Shown here piece by piece: positions 7,374 through 15,897 of a stretch of 31,588 nucleotides of DNA. The notes under the pieces are model-generated. The model was not told where the DNA came from. It was given only the letters and a program-made list of their open reading frames with translations, and did not search any database. The translations under genes and the position numbers were made by a program. Location: positions 1 through 31,588 of the forward strand of contig JADYYD010000321.1 in the NCBI GenBank assembly GCA_020853845.1. Reading direction: 5' to 3'. Position 1 is the stretch's first letter. Each line of letters starts with the position of its first letter. The stretch is from Candidatus Melainabacteria bacterium. GTDB lineage: Bacteria; Cyanobacteriota; Vampirovibrionia; Obscuribacterales; Obscuribacteraceae.

Positions 7374-8549
7374 ATGCCTGGTCATTTCTTGAAAACATCT
7401 CGACCGAAACGCTATTTGATTTTACCTCTGCTTTGCCAATTGGTGTTGGCAGGCGGTTTCGGCTCCGCGTTTGCGCAAAATAATGCGGCCGGGGACGGAC
7501 ATCATTCCGGGTTTAACAGGAGCACAAATGCCGGTTCAGATTCAGTGAGACCCGGCACGGTGACGACTTCTTCCAGTATCAAGCTTTTCGCCGGAGTCAG
7601 TCATCAGGAGGAGCTTCCGCATGTGCACGAGGTGCTCAAGCCGCATATAGAGCGGCAGCAGATGGCTGCCAAGACAGTGCAAGCCGCCAAGACAGTGCAG
7701 GCCGCCAAGAAAGTGCAAACCGCCAAGGAAGTGCAAGCCGCCAAGAAAGTGCAAGCCGCGCCCGCTCCACCTGTTTCTATTACCCGGGCGCCTAAACCCG
7801 CACATGCTGTAATAGCCGCACAGGTTGCGCGCAAAGCACCTGTGCCGACTGCGAGCACTCCGCCACTGGCTGCTAAGACCGCCTTTACTCAGCCATACAT
7901 GCCTGCTTTTGGCGTCGCACGATTGACCGCCCAACGCAGCGAAGAGGTCCCTCGACCGGCGAATCATTACTCGATTCAATGGTTCATGATTCCTTCCTGT
8001 ATGGCGGGAGTTTGGCAGAAGGACGGAGACATGACCACCAGTGTTACCGACCTTCGCACAAGAAGAAACAGCACCCAGAACGAATGGACGGAAAATCGCT
8101 TGCAGGCGACCTGGGGACATCAGCAGGATGCGCAAGGCAATTATTGGCACGTAAACATGCTTCCTTCCGAAAGAGATGGAATATCGGCAGGAAAGCTGGT
8201 GCGCTTCGTGACGGTGAATCAGGCTTGCGAGAGCAGTTCACCTGCGCAACTTTTAACACGCACGCATTATGTCGTGAGCGAGTCCAGCGCTTGGAACCAT
8301 CAGCCGCTCGATACGTTCCAGCAGGAGTCGTTAAATCATTACGCGCTCTCGGCGCAGCAGCAATTGATCAACTCAAGCAGCAACCGCGTTTTCACGTATC
8401 AAGGAGAACCCGTCAGAGAAGGGCATTTGGTCAGTCAATTTGTGAGGGTGGCGCCGTTCAAATCGGTGCCATCGATGAACGGCATAGACCTGCGAGCGTC
8501 GCTCAATGAATACCTTCAATCGCATCCGCAGGGAAATCTGCGCAGATAA
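7374..8549 (+). CDS. Secreted hypothetical protein with five AAKTVQ hexapeptide repeats
   Basis: Start moved to the in-frame ATG at 7374, which removes the overlap with the convergent hydrolase gene and gives a signal peptide MPGHFLKTSRPKRYLILPLLCQLVLAGGFGSAFAQ. Repeat AAKTVQAAKTVQAAKKVQTAKEVQAAKKVQAA. The C-terminal ~250 aa are unassigned. Confidence 0.5.
   Translation: MPGHFLKTSRPKRYLILPLLCQLVLAGGFGSAFAQNNAAGDGHHSGFNRSTNAGSDSVRPGTVTTSSSIKLFAGVSHQEELPHVHEVLKPHIERQQMAAKTVQAAKTVQAAKKVQTAKEVQAAKKVQAAPAPPVSITRAPKPAHAVIAAQVARKAPVPTASTPPLAAKTAFTQPYMPAFGVARLTAQRSEEVPRPANHYSIQWFMIPSCMAGVWQKDGDMTTSVTDLRTRRNSTQNEWTENRLQATWGHQQDAQGNYWHVNMLPSERDGISAGKLVRFVTVNQACESSSPAQLLTRTHYVVSESSAWNHQPLDTFQQESLNHYALSAQQQLINSSSNRVFTYQGEPVREGHLVSQFVRVAPFKSVPSMNGIDLRASLNEYLQSHPQGNLRR
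7665..7758. repeat. 18-nt tandem repeat (gccgccaagacagtgcaa) in about 5 copies
   Basis: Near-identical direct tandem units are visible. They encode the AAKTVQ repeat. Confidence 0.7.
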
Positions 8550-8600
8550 AATCCCCATGGTTTCGAACTGGTTAATCATGCATCTGAGAATGTATAAAGT

Positions 8601-8630
8601 CTGAAGAAAACGGGTAACTTCAGTTTGATG
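8601..8630 (+). terminator. Weak hairpin plus U-run
   Basis: ctgaag (8601-8606) ... cttcag (8618-8623), then tttgatg. The stem is only 6 bp, so this is weak. Confidence 0.2.
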
Positions 8631-8646
8631 GGACTGAAGGAGCAAG

Positions 8647-9627
8647 TTGAATTTGATGCTGCCGTTTGAAAAAGTAGTTTTTTTATCGCTGACTTTCTTA
8701 CTCTCCGTTTTTTGTTCGTGCGTTTTTCCTTCAACTGCTTTTGCTATTGACGGTGAGTTGATAGCTGCCAAAAAAGTTGGGAAAAAGTCGGCATCGAGAA
8801 CAGTCAATCATGATGCTGATGAACAAATCATCCGACATCAAGCTGCCGATTATTCGAGGGCGTTTGCCGCCGGTGATGTAAATGCACTTGCTGCAATGTG
8901 GGCGGATGATGCCGTTTTTACCGACCAGCAGGGGCGCGTCTACACCGGTCGCAATGCAATTGCAGATCAGATGACTTCATTTTTCAAAACTTACGGCAAG
9001 CAACCCATCGAAATCAAGATAGATTCCCTCCAATTTCCGGCGGACAATCTCGCTGTTGAGCATGGTGTCTCACATATCGGCAATTCGAATAACCCTGCCG
9101 GTTTTGGTACATACACGGCGGTTCACGTGAAGCGTGGCGGCTGGAAAATGGTGAGCGTCACCGAAGCGCCGAAATTCGATGCTTCGGTCGCCTCTTTGCC
9201 CAATATCAACGATCTTTCATGGCTGATCGGTGATTGGAAAGTGGAAGGTCCGAAGGGAGATTTGCAGATCAAAGCCGATTGGGTTGCCGGCAAAAAGATC
9301 ATTCGCTGCGCATTCGATGCAACCACAAAAGACGGTCAAAAGACGTCTCAGACACAATTTATTTTCTACGATCCTTTGTTGCGGAGAATCCGCTCCTGGC
9401 AGTTCGATTGGAACGGCGGCTATGGAGAATCCAGATGGTTTAATTCCGGAAGCGATTGGATAGCTGAAGGATGTTCCGTTCAATCGGATGGCACCACAGG
9501 CTCCGCCCGATACATGTTCAAAAAATTGGATGACAACACATTCTCCTGGCAGTCGACATCAAGACGACTGATGGGCAAGCAAATTCCGGATACTCCGATT
9601 TTAACTGCTAAAAGAACCGGCACATAA
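8647..9627 (+). CDS. Secreted NTF2-like/SnoaL-like (DUF4440-type) domain protein with a C-terminal extension
   Basis: Signal peptide (...FPSTAFA). YSRAFAAGDVNALAAMWADDAVFTDQQGRVYTGRNAI is typical of SnoaL-like/NTF2-fold domains. GAAGGAG lies 8 nt from the TTG at 8647; an ATG at 8656 is an alternative. Confidence 0.55.
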   Translation: MNLMLPFEKVVFLSLTFLLSVFCSCVFPSTAFAIDGELIAAKKVGKKSASRTVNHDADEQIIRHQAADYSRAFAAGDVNALAAMWADDAVFTDQQGRVYTGRNAIADQMTSFFKTYGKQPIEIKIDSLQFPADNLAVEHGVSHIGNSNNPAGFGTYTAVHVKRGGWKMVSVTEAPKFDASVASLPNINDLSWLIGDWKVEGPKGDLQIKADWVAGKKIIRCAFDATTKDGQKTSQTQFIFYDPLLRRIRSWQFDWNGGYGESRWFNSGSDWIAEGCSVQSDGTTGSARYMFKKLDDNTFSWQSTSRRLMGKQIPDTPILTAKRTGT

Positions 9628-9687
9628 CTGGCGACCTGATATCGGCAGTTCTTTGTTTTTCAGTTTTCACAGTTTTATGGTACTCAA

Positions 9688-10812
9688 ATGAAAATTACAA
9701 AACGAATCAAGATTTTTGTTGCATTGGCAGTGGTACTGCCCATGGTTTGTATTGAACCATCATTCGCCCGCGGTGGATTCGGCGGTGGTGGCGGTCGCGG
9801 ATTCGGCGGCGGCTTCGATAGAGGCGGCATGGGCGGTTTTGACCGCGGTGATTTCGGACGCGGGGATATGGGACGCGGCGACTTCGGCCGCGGCGATATG
9901 GGCAGAGGCGACGCGTTCGATCGTTTCAACGACAATTTCGATCATCCTGGCGACTCTGCATTTGGTGGCAACAATACTGGTATCAGAGCTGGTGAAAACG
10001 GAGTCAGAAATTTTGGTGATGCGGACAGGAACAATTTAGCCGGAGATGGCGGGTTCTGCCGTATCATGGATAATCCCGCCACAAGCTGGGCCGGTAGAGC
10101 CGGTACATACGGTATGTCACCGAGAGCTCTTGCCGATCACTGGAATAACGTCAATGGCAATTTTAATCACTGGAATTATTTCGATCGCAACTGGTGGGGC
10201 AACCATCACTGGTACTGGTGGAACAGAAACTGGGGCGATGATTGGGCGTGGGGTTGGACCGGTTGGGGGGATTTAGGCGGCTGGTGGGGAATGGATGCAG
10301 CTACTGAGCCGGTCTACTACGATTATGGAAACAACATCACATACAATGGCGACAGTGTCTATTACGGGTCGCAGCCCCTCGAGTCGACCGATGCCTATTA
10401 CGCTCAGGCTCAAGCTCTTGCAGAGACGGCACCGCCAACACCGACTGCTCCCGTTTCGGACGAGCAGCAGAAAAAAGACGTCGATAACATGAAACCACTG
10501 GGTGTGTATGCCCTGGTTTCAGGAGATCAGAACAACAGCTCCCAACTGCTTCAGCTTGCCGTTGACAAAAAAGGCGTGATTCGCGGCACTTATTACAATG
10601 AAGTGACGGCTGAAAGCAAGCCGGTTTCCGGAGCAGTCGATAAGAAGAATCAGCGCGCTTGCTTCACGATAGCAGGCAATAAGAACGTGGTGTACGACAC
10701 GGCAATCGGAAACTTGTTGAAACAGTCAAGTCCGATTCTGGTTCACTATTCCAAATCGAATACCCAGCAACTCACGCTTGTGCGTTTGAAGAAACCGACG
10801 ACTGCTTCGTGA
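9688..10812 (+). CDS. Secreted protein with a Gly/Arg-rich segment carrying four tandem RGD motifs, a Trp-rich segment, and a C-terminal globular domain
   Basis: Signal peptide (MKITKRIKIFVALAVVLPMVCIEPSFA). Then RGGFGGGGGRGFGGGFDRGGMGGFDRGDFGRGDMGRGDFGRGDMGRGDAFDRF. Later a Trp-rich stretch NHWNYFDRNWWGNHHWYWWNRNWGDDWAWGWTGWGDLGGWWG, about 13 W in 45 aa. A ~150-aa C-terminal domain follows. Confidence 0.55.
   Translation: MKITKRIKIFVALAVVLPMVCIEPSFARGGFGGGGGRGFGGGFDRGGMGGFDRGDFGRGDMGRGDFGRGDMGRGDAFDRFNDNFDHPGDSAFGGNNTGIRAGENGVRNFGDADRNNLAGDGGFCRIMDNPATSWAGRAGTYGMSPRALADHWNNVNGNFNHWNYFDRNWWGNHHWYWWNRNWGDDWAWGWTGWGDLGGWWGMDAATEPVYYDYGNNITYNGDSVYYGSQPLESTDAYYAQAQALAETAPPTPTAPVSDEQQKKDVDNMKPLGVYALVSGDQNNSSQLLQLAVDKKGVIRGTYYNEVTAESKPVSGAVDKKNQRACFTIAGNKNVVYDTAIGNLLKQSSPILVHYSKSNTQQLTLVRLKKPTTAS
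9841..9912. repeat. 30-nt tandem duplication encoding GRGDFGRGDM x2
   Basis: gacttcggccgcggcgatatgggc.. and the related gatttcggacgcggggatatggga. Confidence 0.6.
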
Positions 10813-10817
10813 CGCCT

Positions 10818-12731
10818 CTAAGAATCGAAGGTTGCGCCTGTCTCTTTGCAGTGTGCAGTGATCACATCCAGGAAGGTTTGACCGAGGTCTCGCAACTTCG
10901 AGTCTCCGATGCCGCTGACCATTCGCATTCTTTCCAGGCTGGAAGGTCGAATGCGAGCTAATTCGCGCAGCGTCGCATCGTTGAAGATGATATATGGCGG
11001 CACGCGTCGCTGGTCGGCCAGCTCCCTGCGCAAATCACGCATGGTTTCAAAAAGATCGCGATCGACACCATCCCATGATCCCGTTTCCGCTCTGGAAAGT
11101 TTTGCGCGCTCGCCTTTCTTTCTTTCTGCCGGTTTCAACAATCGAATATTTGTGCGTTGCCCGCGCATCACCTGCCAGGAGCCGCCGTTCAATTTTAAAA
11201 TTGGTACAGCGCGCCCATAACCAAGGTCGATGTTTTCCTGCACCAGAACTTCCTGACTGATGAGTTGATACATCCAATCGCGCAGATCGTTAACGTGGTG
11301 CTCTTTCAGCAATCCATAAGTGCTCACGTTTTGATCCCCGCGGTTGCGTATTTCTTGCGAATTTTCACCGCGCAGCACGGCAGCGACATAGCCGATGCCG
11401 TAACGCTCTTTCAATCTTGCGATGCACGAGAGTATTTTCTGTGCAATGACCGGCGCTCCCTCGACTTCAATAGTTTCACCAAGGCAAATGTCGCAGGCAC
11501 CACAGCTTTCTTTATCGTATGTCTGGCCGAAATGCGCCACCAGAAGCGAATGGCGGCAGGCTGCACCACGGCAATATCGGTCGATTATGTGGAGATGCTC
11601 GTATGCCGTTTCCAAATAAGAGAGATCATTGTCCTGGTATTGAAACTGATTTTGATTTTGTTCCGATGCGGCTTTCTGCATGATTGCCTTCCATGTGAAG
11701 ACATCTGCGCCGGAATGCAGCAATACGCATTCCGCTTCCAAACCGTCTCTTCCGGCTCTGCCGGTTTCTTGCTGATAGGCTTCCAGCGACTTCGGCATTG
11801 CCGTGTGAAGAACATAGCGAACATTGGATCTATCGATGCCCATGCCGAAGGCAACAGTTGCCACCACGACGTCGCAGTGCTCTTCTGAAAATGCTTCTTG
11901 TGTTTGCGATCTTTCCTGTGACGTCATTCCGGCATGATAAGCCATGGCTTTTATGCCTGCCTGTTTCAGCTCGGCAGTCAATTCGTCTACTTCCGCCCTT
12001 CTTATGCAATAAATAATTCCGCCTTCGGATTTGTGGCGGTCGATTACCGATAGAACCTGCTTCAACAGTCCGCCCCGGCGCGACATTATGCGATAAGTCA
12101 AATTGGCGCGATCGAAATTGCCGACCAAAATTTCGGGATCATTCAAATTCAGGTTTTGAATGATGTCGCCGCGCACCTGCTCGGTTGCCGTTGCCGTATA
12201 AGCGTGAACGGACGCTTTGGGAAACATCGATTTGAGAAGGCGAAGTTGTCTGTATTCCGGACGGAAATCATGCCCCCAGTGGCTTATGCAATGCGCTTCG
12301 TCGATTGCGAACGTGCGCACGTCTATTTTGCGCAGCAAATCCTGCATGTCTGTTTGCACCAGTCTTTCCGGCGACACGAAAAGCAGACGCACGTGTCCGG
12401 CAAGGATATCCTTTTCGTGCTGTTGGCGCTCTTCCGGAGTAAGAGAGCTGTTTAGCTGAACAGCCGCAATTCCTGAAGAAATCAAACCGTCCACCTGGTC
12501 TTTCATGAGCGAAATAAGCGGGGAAACAACTACCGTGGTATCTCCGCGCACGACGGCTGGCGCCTGAAAGCAAAGTGATTTCCCGCCGCCCGTCGGCATC
12601 ACGACGAGCGAATCGCGTCCGTCCAGCACCGCACACATGGCCGGCTCTTGCAAGGGGCGCAGCTTATGGATACCCCAGTGCTTTTCGACGATCGCATTTA
12701 GCTGTGAAATTTGCGAAGGGAGCGTTTGCAT
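10818..12731 (-). CDS. recQ: ATP-dependent DNA helicase RecQ
   Basis: Walker A PTGGGKS; DEAH box as FAIDEAHCISHWGHDFR; helicase C-terminal motifs (TVAFGMGIDRSNVRYV); the RecQ zinc-binding module CGACDICLG; and a C-terminal HRDC-like region. Confidence 0.93.
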   Translation of the reverse strand: MQTLPSQISQLNAIVEKHWGIHKLRPLQEPAMCAVLDGRDSLVVMPTGGGKSLCFQAPAVVRGDTTVVVSPLISLMKDQVDGLISSGIAAVQLNSSLTPEERQQHEKDILAGHVRLLFVSPERLVQTDMQDLLRKIDVRTFAIDEAHCISHWGHDFRPEYRQLRLLKSMFPKASVHAYTATATEQVRGDIIQNLNLNDPEILVGNFDRANLTYRIMSRRGGLLKQVLSVIDRHKSEGGIIYCIRRAEVDELTAELKQAGIKAMAYHAGMTSQERSQTQEAFSEEHCDVVVATVAFGMGIDRSNVRYVLHTAMPKSLEAYQQETGRAGRDGLEAECVLLHSGADVFTWKAIMQKAASEQNQNQFQYQDNDLSYLETAYEHLHIIDRYCRGAACRHSLLVAHFGQTYDKESCGACDICLGETIEVEGAPVIAQKILSCIARLKERYGIGYVAAVLRGENSQEIRNRGDQNVSTYGLLKEHHVNDLRDWMYQLISQEVLVQENIDLGYGRAVPILKLNGGSWQVMRGQRTNIRLLKPAERKKGERAKLSRAETGSWDGVDRDLFETMRDLRRELADQRRVPPYIIFNDATLRELARIRPSSLERMRMVSGIGDSKLRDLGQTFLDVITAHCKETGATFDS

Positions 12732-12849
12732 GCGGGTGCCCGGATACCTGAGATTGCTGGAACTCTATGATCATATGCGGTAATTTGCGCGCAAGCCGGC
12801 TTGCAGACTGGAAAAGAACTTCATTTGACGAGCAGTATGTATTTGATTT

Positions 12850-12915
12850 CGTATATCTTTTGATAGATATAAATCTGTGGGTATATATAGAATTTATTGC
12901 TCAAACAATTGTGCA
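12850..12915. promoter_or_regulatory. AT-rich intergenic region with palindromes upstream of the beta-propeller gene
   Basis: Inverted repeat TATATC (12852-12857) / GATATA (12866-12871). Perfect 8-bp palindrome ACAATTGT (12905-12912), flanked by TTGC...GCAA. A TATATATA run is also present. Confidence 0.25.
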
Positions 12916-12957
12916 AAAATATGTCATAAGTTCAGGGTTGCAAGTAGGAGTCCGTTC

Positions 12958-14568
12958 ATGTCCCGAATATTCAGTCGCAGAAAAATTCTGGGCGCAGCAG
13001 CTCTTGGCGCTGCAGGGATGGTGTTTGGTCGTAAACTGCTTTCTGAGGCTGGTGAGGGAATCAGCAAATGGAATGCAGGCGGAGTTGGTTCGAACGAACT
13101 GCCGGCCAGCACGGAGATAGTCAATGCAGGCAAACTCAAACAATCGTTTGAAGAATTAGGTCAGTATGTATACCTGACTCCCCAGAAATTGGGCGGCGGC
13201 ACTCACGCGGTGGATTTGAATTCGGGGCGCACGCTGGCGTGGATAAGTTACTGGAACTACGGCGACTCTTGTCCGATTTCGCACCATTTGGCTGCCTACC
13301 CGTCGCCCGATCCGTACAAAGGTTTTGAATTCATCAATTCGACGCAAGGTGGCGACAATGTCATGATATATGGCTTGCCGACCCGCATCAAAGAGCGCGG
13401 CATGCTGGGCAAATGGGGTATGGGCAACCATATATATCGCGTCCAGTTTGATGGACAGTCGATGAATCTGATGGAAGACGTGGCGGAAACGACCGGCATC
13501 GGACTGGGCGTCCACACGACGATTTATCCTGATGCATCCGGCTTTGCAGGAGCAGATGGTCAAAAAGATGTGTGCGCATTTTTCAATCGCGCGGTCGGCT
13601 CTGAGAAGACGCAGGTTCAGATGGCTTTTCGCGCCGACTGGATAGGCGCCACTGCTAATGGTGGCATGGAAGAAAACTGGTCGAAGGGTGGAAAAATTCG
13701 CTTGACCAGATTGAACGCCGCCAAGGAAACCGGCAAGTATGATCTGGAAGGCACCAAGGGCAATAAGATTGACTGGGAAATGGTGCCGATGGCTGAGTAT
13801 CTGGTTTACACCGGACAGTTGCCGGGTGATTCGCCAAAAACGCTAACTGGTCTTGATGCGGTCGTGCATCATCCGGGCGGGCGATACTCCGCTCTGATTA
13901 TTCGCATGCTCTCCTGCGCGATCATCGTCGACAGGCACAACTGGGAGCCGGTCTGCTGCCTGCATTGCCCCGAAGGTTCGCCCGGCAATTTGCCCATAGC
14001 TAAAGTCAGCTCTGGTCCGGACACCTGGGAAATTAAACTTGATGACGTCAAATGCGTCGGGCACGAAGCCGGATTTTCTCCCGACGGCAAGTCATTCTTG
14101 ATGATGAACAACATCAAGCAGAACAACATGGCAGTGTTCGATACCGCCGATGCCGATCCTCGCAACTGGAAGAAGATTACTTTCGTAAAAGATCCAACCT
14201 GGAGCGGTGACTATCCGAGTCCGTTCCATCTGTGCTTTTCGGTAGATGGAAGCAAAATGTTCGTCTCCGTGCTCTATCCAAAACCAGCCAACAGCGGCTG
14301 CTGCGTTGTCGATACTAAGACATGGAAGATCATCAAGAAATTCCAGAATATCGGACCGGATTGCCAGACGATGGCTGTCACTTATGACGGCAAATATGTC
14401 TTCCAAATTTTCAGCGGATTCCAGAGATTATCCAGCGGTGCATTTATCTTCACCCAAGATACACTCGAGCCGATTGGCTATCTGCCCAATTTCGGCGGGC
14501 ACCATGACTGCGTAATCGTTCCGACCAAAGCCGAGCAGTTGAAGAACAGCCGCTGCACCACCCTTTAA
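12958..14568 (+). CDS. Tat-exported His-rich beta-propeller metalloprotein related to the NosZ N-terminal (CuZ) domain and thiocyanate dehydrogenase, with no CuA cupredoxin domain
   Basis: Start at the ATG at 12958, with AGGAG 8 nt upstream. Twin-arginine signal MSRIFSRRKILGAAALGAAGMVFG. Spaced His-containing motifs run along the protein: ISHHLAAY, GNHIYRVQFD, GVHTTIY, VVHHPGG, CCLHCPEG, VGHEAGFSPDGK, FHLCFSVDGSKMF, GGHHDCVIV. By eye these resemble NosZ CuZ-domain blades (CHHPH, DGKYLF, PLHTTF, EPHDC). The protein ends 19 residues after HHDC, where NosZ continues into its CuA domain. No CuA signature (CxxxC...H...M) is present. Confidence 0.55.
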   Translation: MSRIFSRRKILGAAALGAAGMVFGRKLLSEAGEGISKWNAGGVGSNELPASTEIVNAGKLKQSFEELGQYVYLTPQKLGGGTHAVDLNSGRTLAWISYWNYGDSCPISHHLAAYPSPDPYKGFEFINSTQGGDNVMIYGLPTRIKERGMLGKWGMGNHIYRVQFDGQSMNLMEDVAETTGIGLGVHTTIYPDASGFAGADGQKDVCAFFNRAVGSEKTQVQMAFRADWIGATANGGMEENWSKGGKIRLTRLNAAKETGKYDLEGTKGNKIDWEMVPMAEYLVYTGQLPGDSPKTLTGLDAVVHHPGGRYSALIIRMLSCAIIVDRHNWEPVCCLHCPEGSPGNLPIAKVSSGPDTWEIKLDDVKCVGHEAGFSPDGKSFLMMNNIKQNNMAVFDTADADPRNWKKITFVKDPTWSGDYPSPFHLCFSVDGSKMFVSVLYPKPANSGCCVVDTKTWKIIKKFQNIGPDCQTMAVTYDGKYVFQIFSGFQRLSSGAFIFTQDTLEPIGYLPNFGGHHDCVIVPTKAEQLKNSRCTTL

Positions 14569-14592
14569 TGCGGTAACTCGAGGCGAGAGGCA

Positions 14593-15897
14593 GTGGTATC
14601 ACAACAAGCAGGCAGACAACCCGGGCGGCGTCCTGGTGCCGCGTTGTTTCTCTTTACGCGGCTGGCGCTGCAGAATGTTTTGCGCAAGCCTGCCCGAACA
14701 ATCATGCTTGTCGTTGCCGTGACTTTGTCTACCGGCGGCGTGTTTGCATCATATACGGTGGCAAACGGCATCAAAGACAGCATGGATACCAGTTTCTCCC
14801 GCATGGGTGCAGATCTTATCGTTGTTCCTGCCAGGGCGATGGTCAATATAACCAGTGCGCTTTTAACAGTTCAGCCTACGGACGAGACGCTGGATGCGGG
14901 TCTCGTTTCCGAATTGGAGAAGATGGATGGAATTGCGCAGGCCGCACCACAAACATATTTTCAGGTTCCCATCATGTCCGGCATGCCTGAATGCAAGGCG
15001 AACCTTATCGCATTTGATTCAAAAAAAGATTTCACAATAATGCCATGGGTGGTGGCCCGCGCACCGAAAGCAATGGCGCCTGGAGATATCCTCGCCGGCA
15101 GCAGGCGCTCGGAGACGGTGGGTGATGAAATCTCTCCCTGCAACGTACCATGCAATGTATACGGTAAGCTTGGCCGTAGCGGGGTGGGTCCGGTCGATGA
15201 TTCTTTCTTTACCGGGTATGAAACGATCAAGCTTTTGCAATCGAAGATCAAGGAACGCTCCGGTACTACAGGCGGTGCGAGTTTAAAAACCGTAAAAGAT
15301 CCTTCTGATTCTCTTGCCGCTTTCGACCCATCTAAAATATCCGCGATTTTGGTCAAGCTGAAATTCGGTGCCACCCCTGAGCAGGCTCGTTTCGCGATAG
15401 CTAAATTGCCGGGTGTAAAAGTCGTAAGCGGAGCTACTATCGTGACTTCGACCAGACAGGCGACGACGGCGCTGCTCGCTGGGATGCTGGGATTCACCGC
15501 CATGATGTTGGTGGCAATGTTGATTATGGTGAGCCTTCTTTTCTCAGGTATTATTTCTGAGCGACGCCGAGAAGTAGGGCTCCTTCGCGCCATCGGTTCT
15601 CGCCACAGAGACGTAATGGGAATGTTGCTTGCGGAGGCTGTTTTCACTACCTCGCTGGGTGGAGTGACCGGTATCATATTTGGTTCCGGCTTACTCTTGC
15701 TGTTTCAAAGATCGCTTGTTTATTACCTCGAGACTTTGCACGTTGAGTTTGTCTGGCCCCAAGCAATGACTTTCGTTTGGGTCGGTCTTTGCTGTTCAAT
15801 TGTGTCTGCTCTGGTTGGCCTCTTGGGCGCACTGGTGCCCGCGTGGCGAGCCAGTCTGGAAGAGCCGTATTTGCTGATTCAAAGTGAGGGCGGTTAG
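14593..15897 (+). CDS. MacB/FtsX-family ABC transporter permease: one N-terminal TM, a large periplasmic domain, and three C-terminal TMs
   Basis: GTG start 24 nt after the upstream stop. Topology: TM1 (IMLVVAVTLSTGGVFASYTV), a ~250-aa extracytoplasmic domain, then three hydrophobic helices. ISERRREVGLLRAIGS is the typical FtsX/MacB motif. Confidence 0.75.
   Translation: MVSQQAGRQPGRRPGAALFLFTRLALQNVLRKPARTIMLVVAVTLSTGGVFASYTVANGIKDSMDTSFSRMGADLIVVPARAMVNITSALLTVQPTDETLDAGLVSELEKMDGIAQAAPQTYFQVPIMSGMPECKANLIAFDSKKDFTIMPWVVARAPKAMAPGDILAGSRRSETVGDEISPCNVPCNVYGKLGRSGVGPVDDSFFTGYETIKLLQSKIKERSGTTGGASLKTVKDPSDSLAAFDPSKISAILVKLKFGATPEQARFAIAKLPGVKVVSGATIVTSTRQATTALLAGMLGFTAMMLVAMLIMVSLLFSGIISERRREVGLLRAIGSRHRDVMGMLLAEAVFTTSLGGVTGIIFGSGLLLLFQRSLVYYLETLHVEFVWPQAMTFVWVGLCCSIVSALVGLLGALVPAWRASLEEPYLLIQSEGG

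Noticed and set aside
11265-11888. 207-aa plus-strand ORF inside recQ, plus several other ORFs within 10909-12636
   Set aside because: These are antisense or alternative frames of a RecQ gene with strong motif support.
12958-14568. Calling the propeller protein a bona fide nitrous oxide reductase (nosZ)
   Set aside because: The entire C-terminal CuA cupredoxin domain and its Cys/His/Met ligand motif are absent, and no nosD/F/Y/L/R genes are nearby. Only 'NosZ-CuZ-domain-like' is defensible.
14961-15677. 238-aa minus-strand ORF inside the FtsX permease gene
   Set aside because: It is a shadow ORF. The plus frame has the canonical MacB/FtsX topology and motif.
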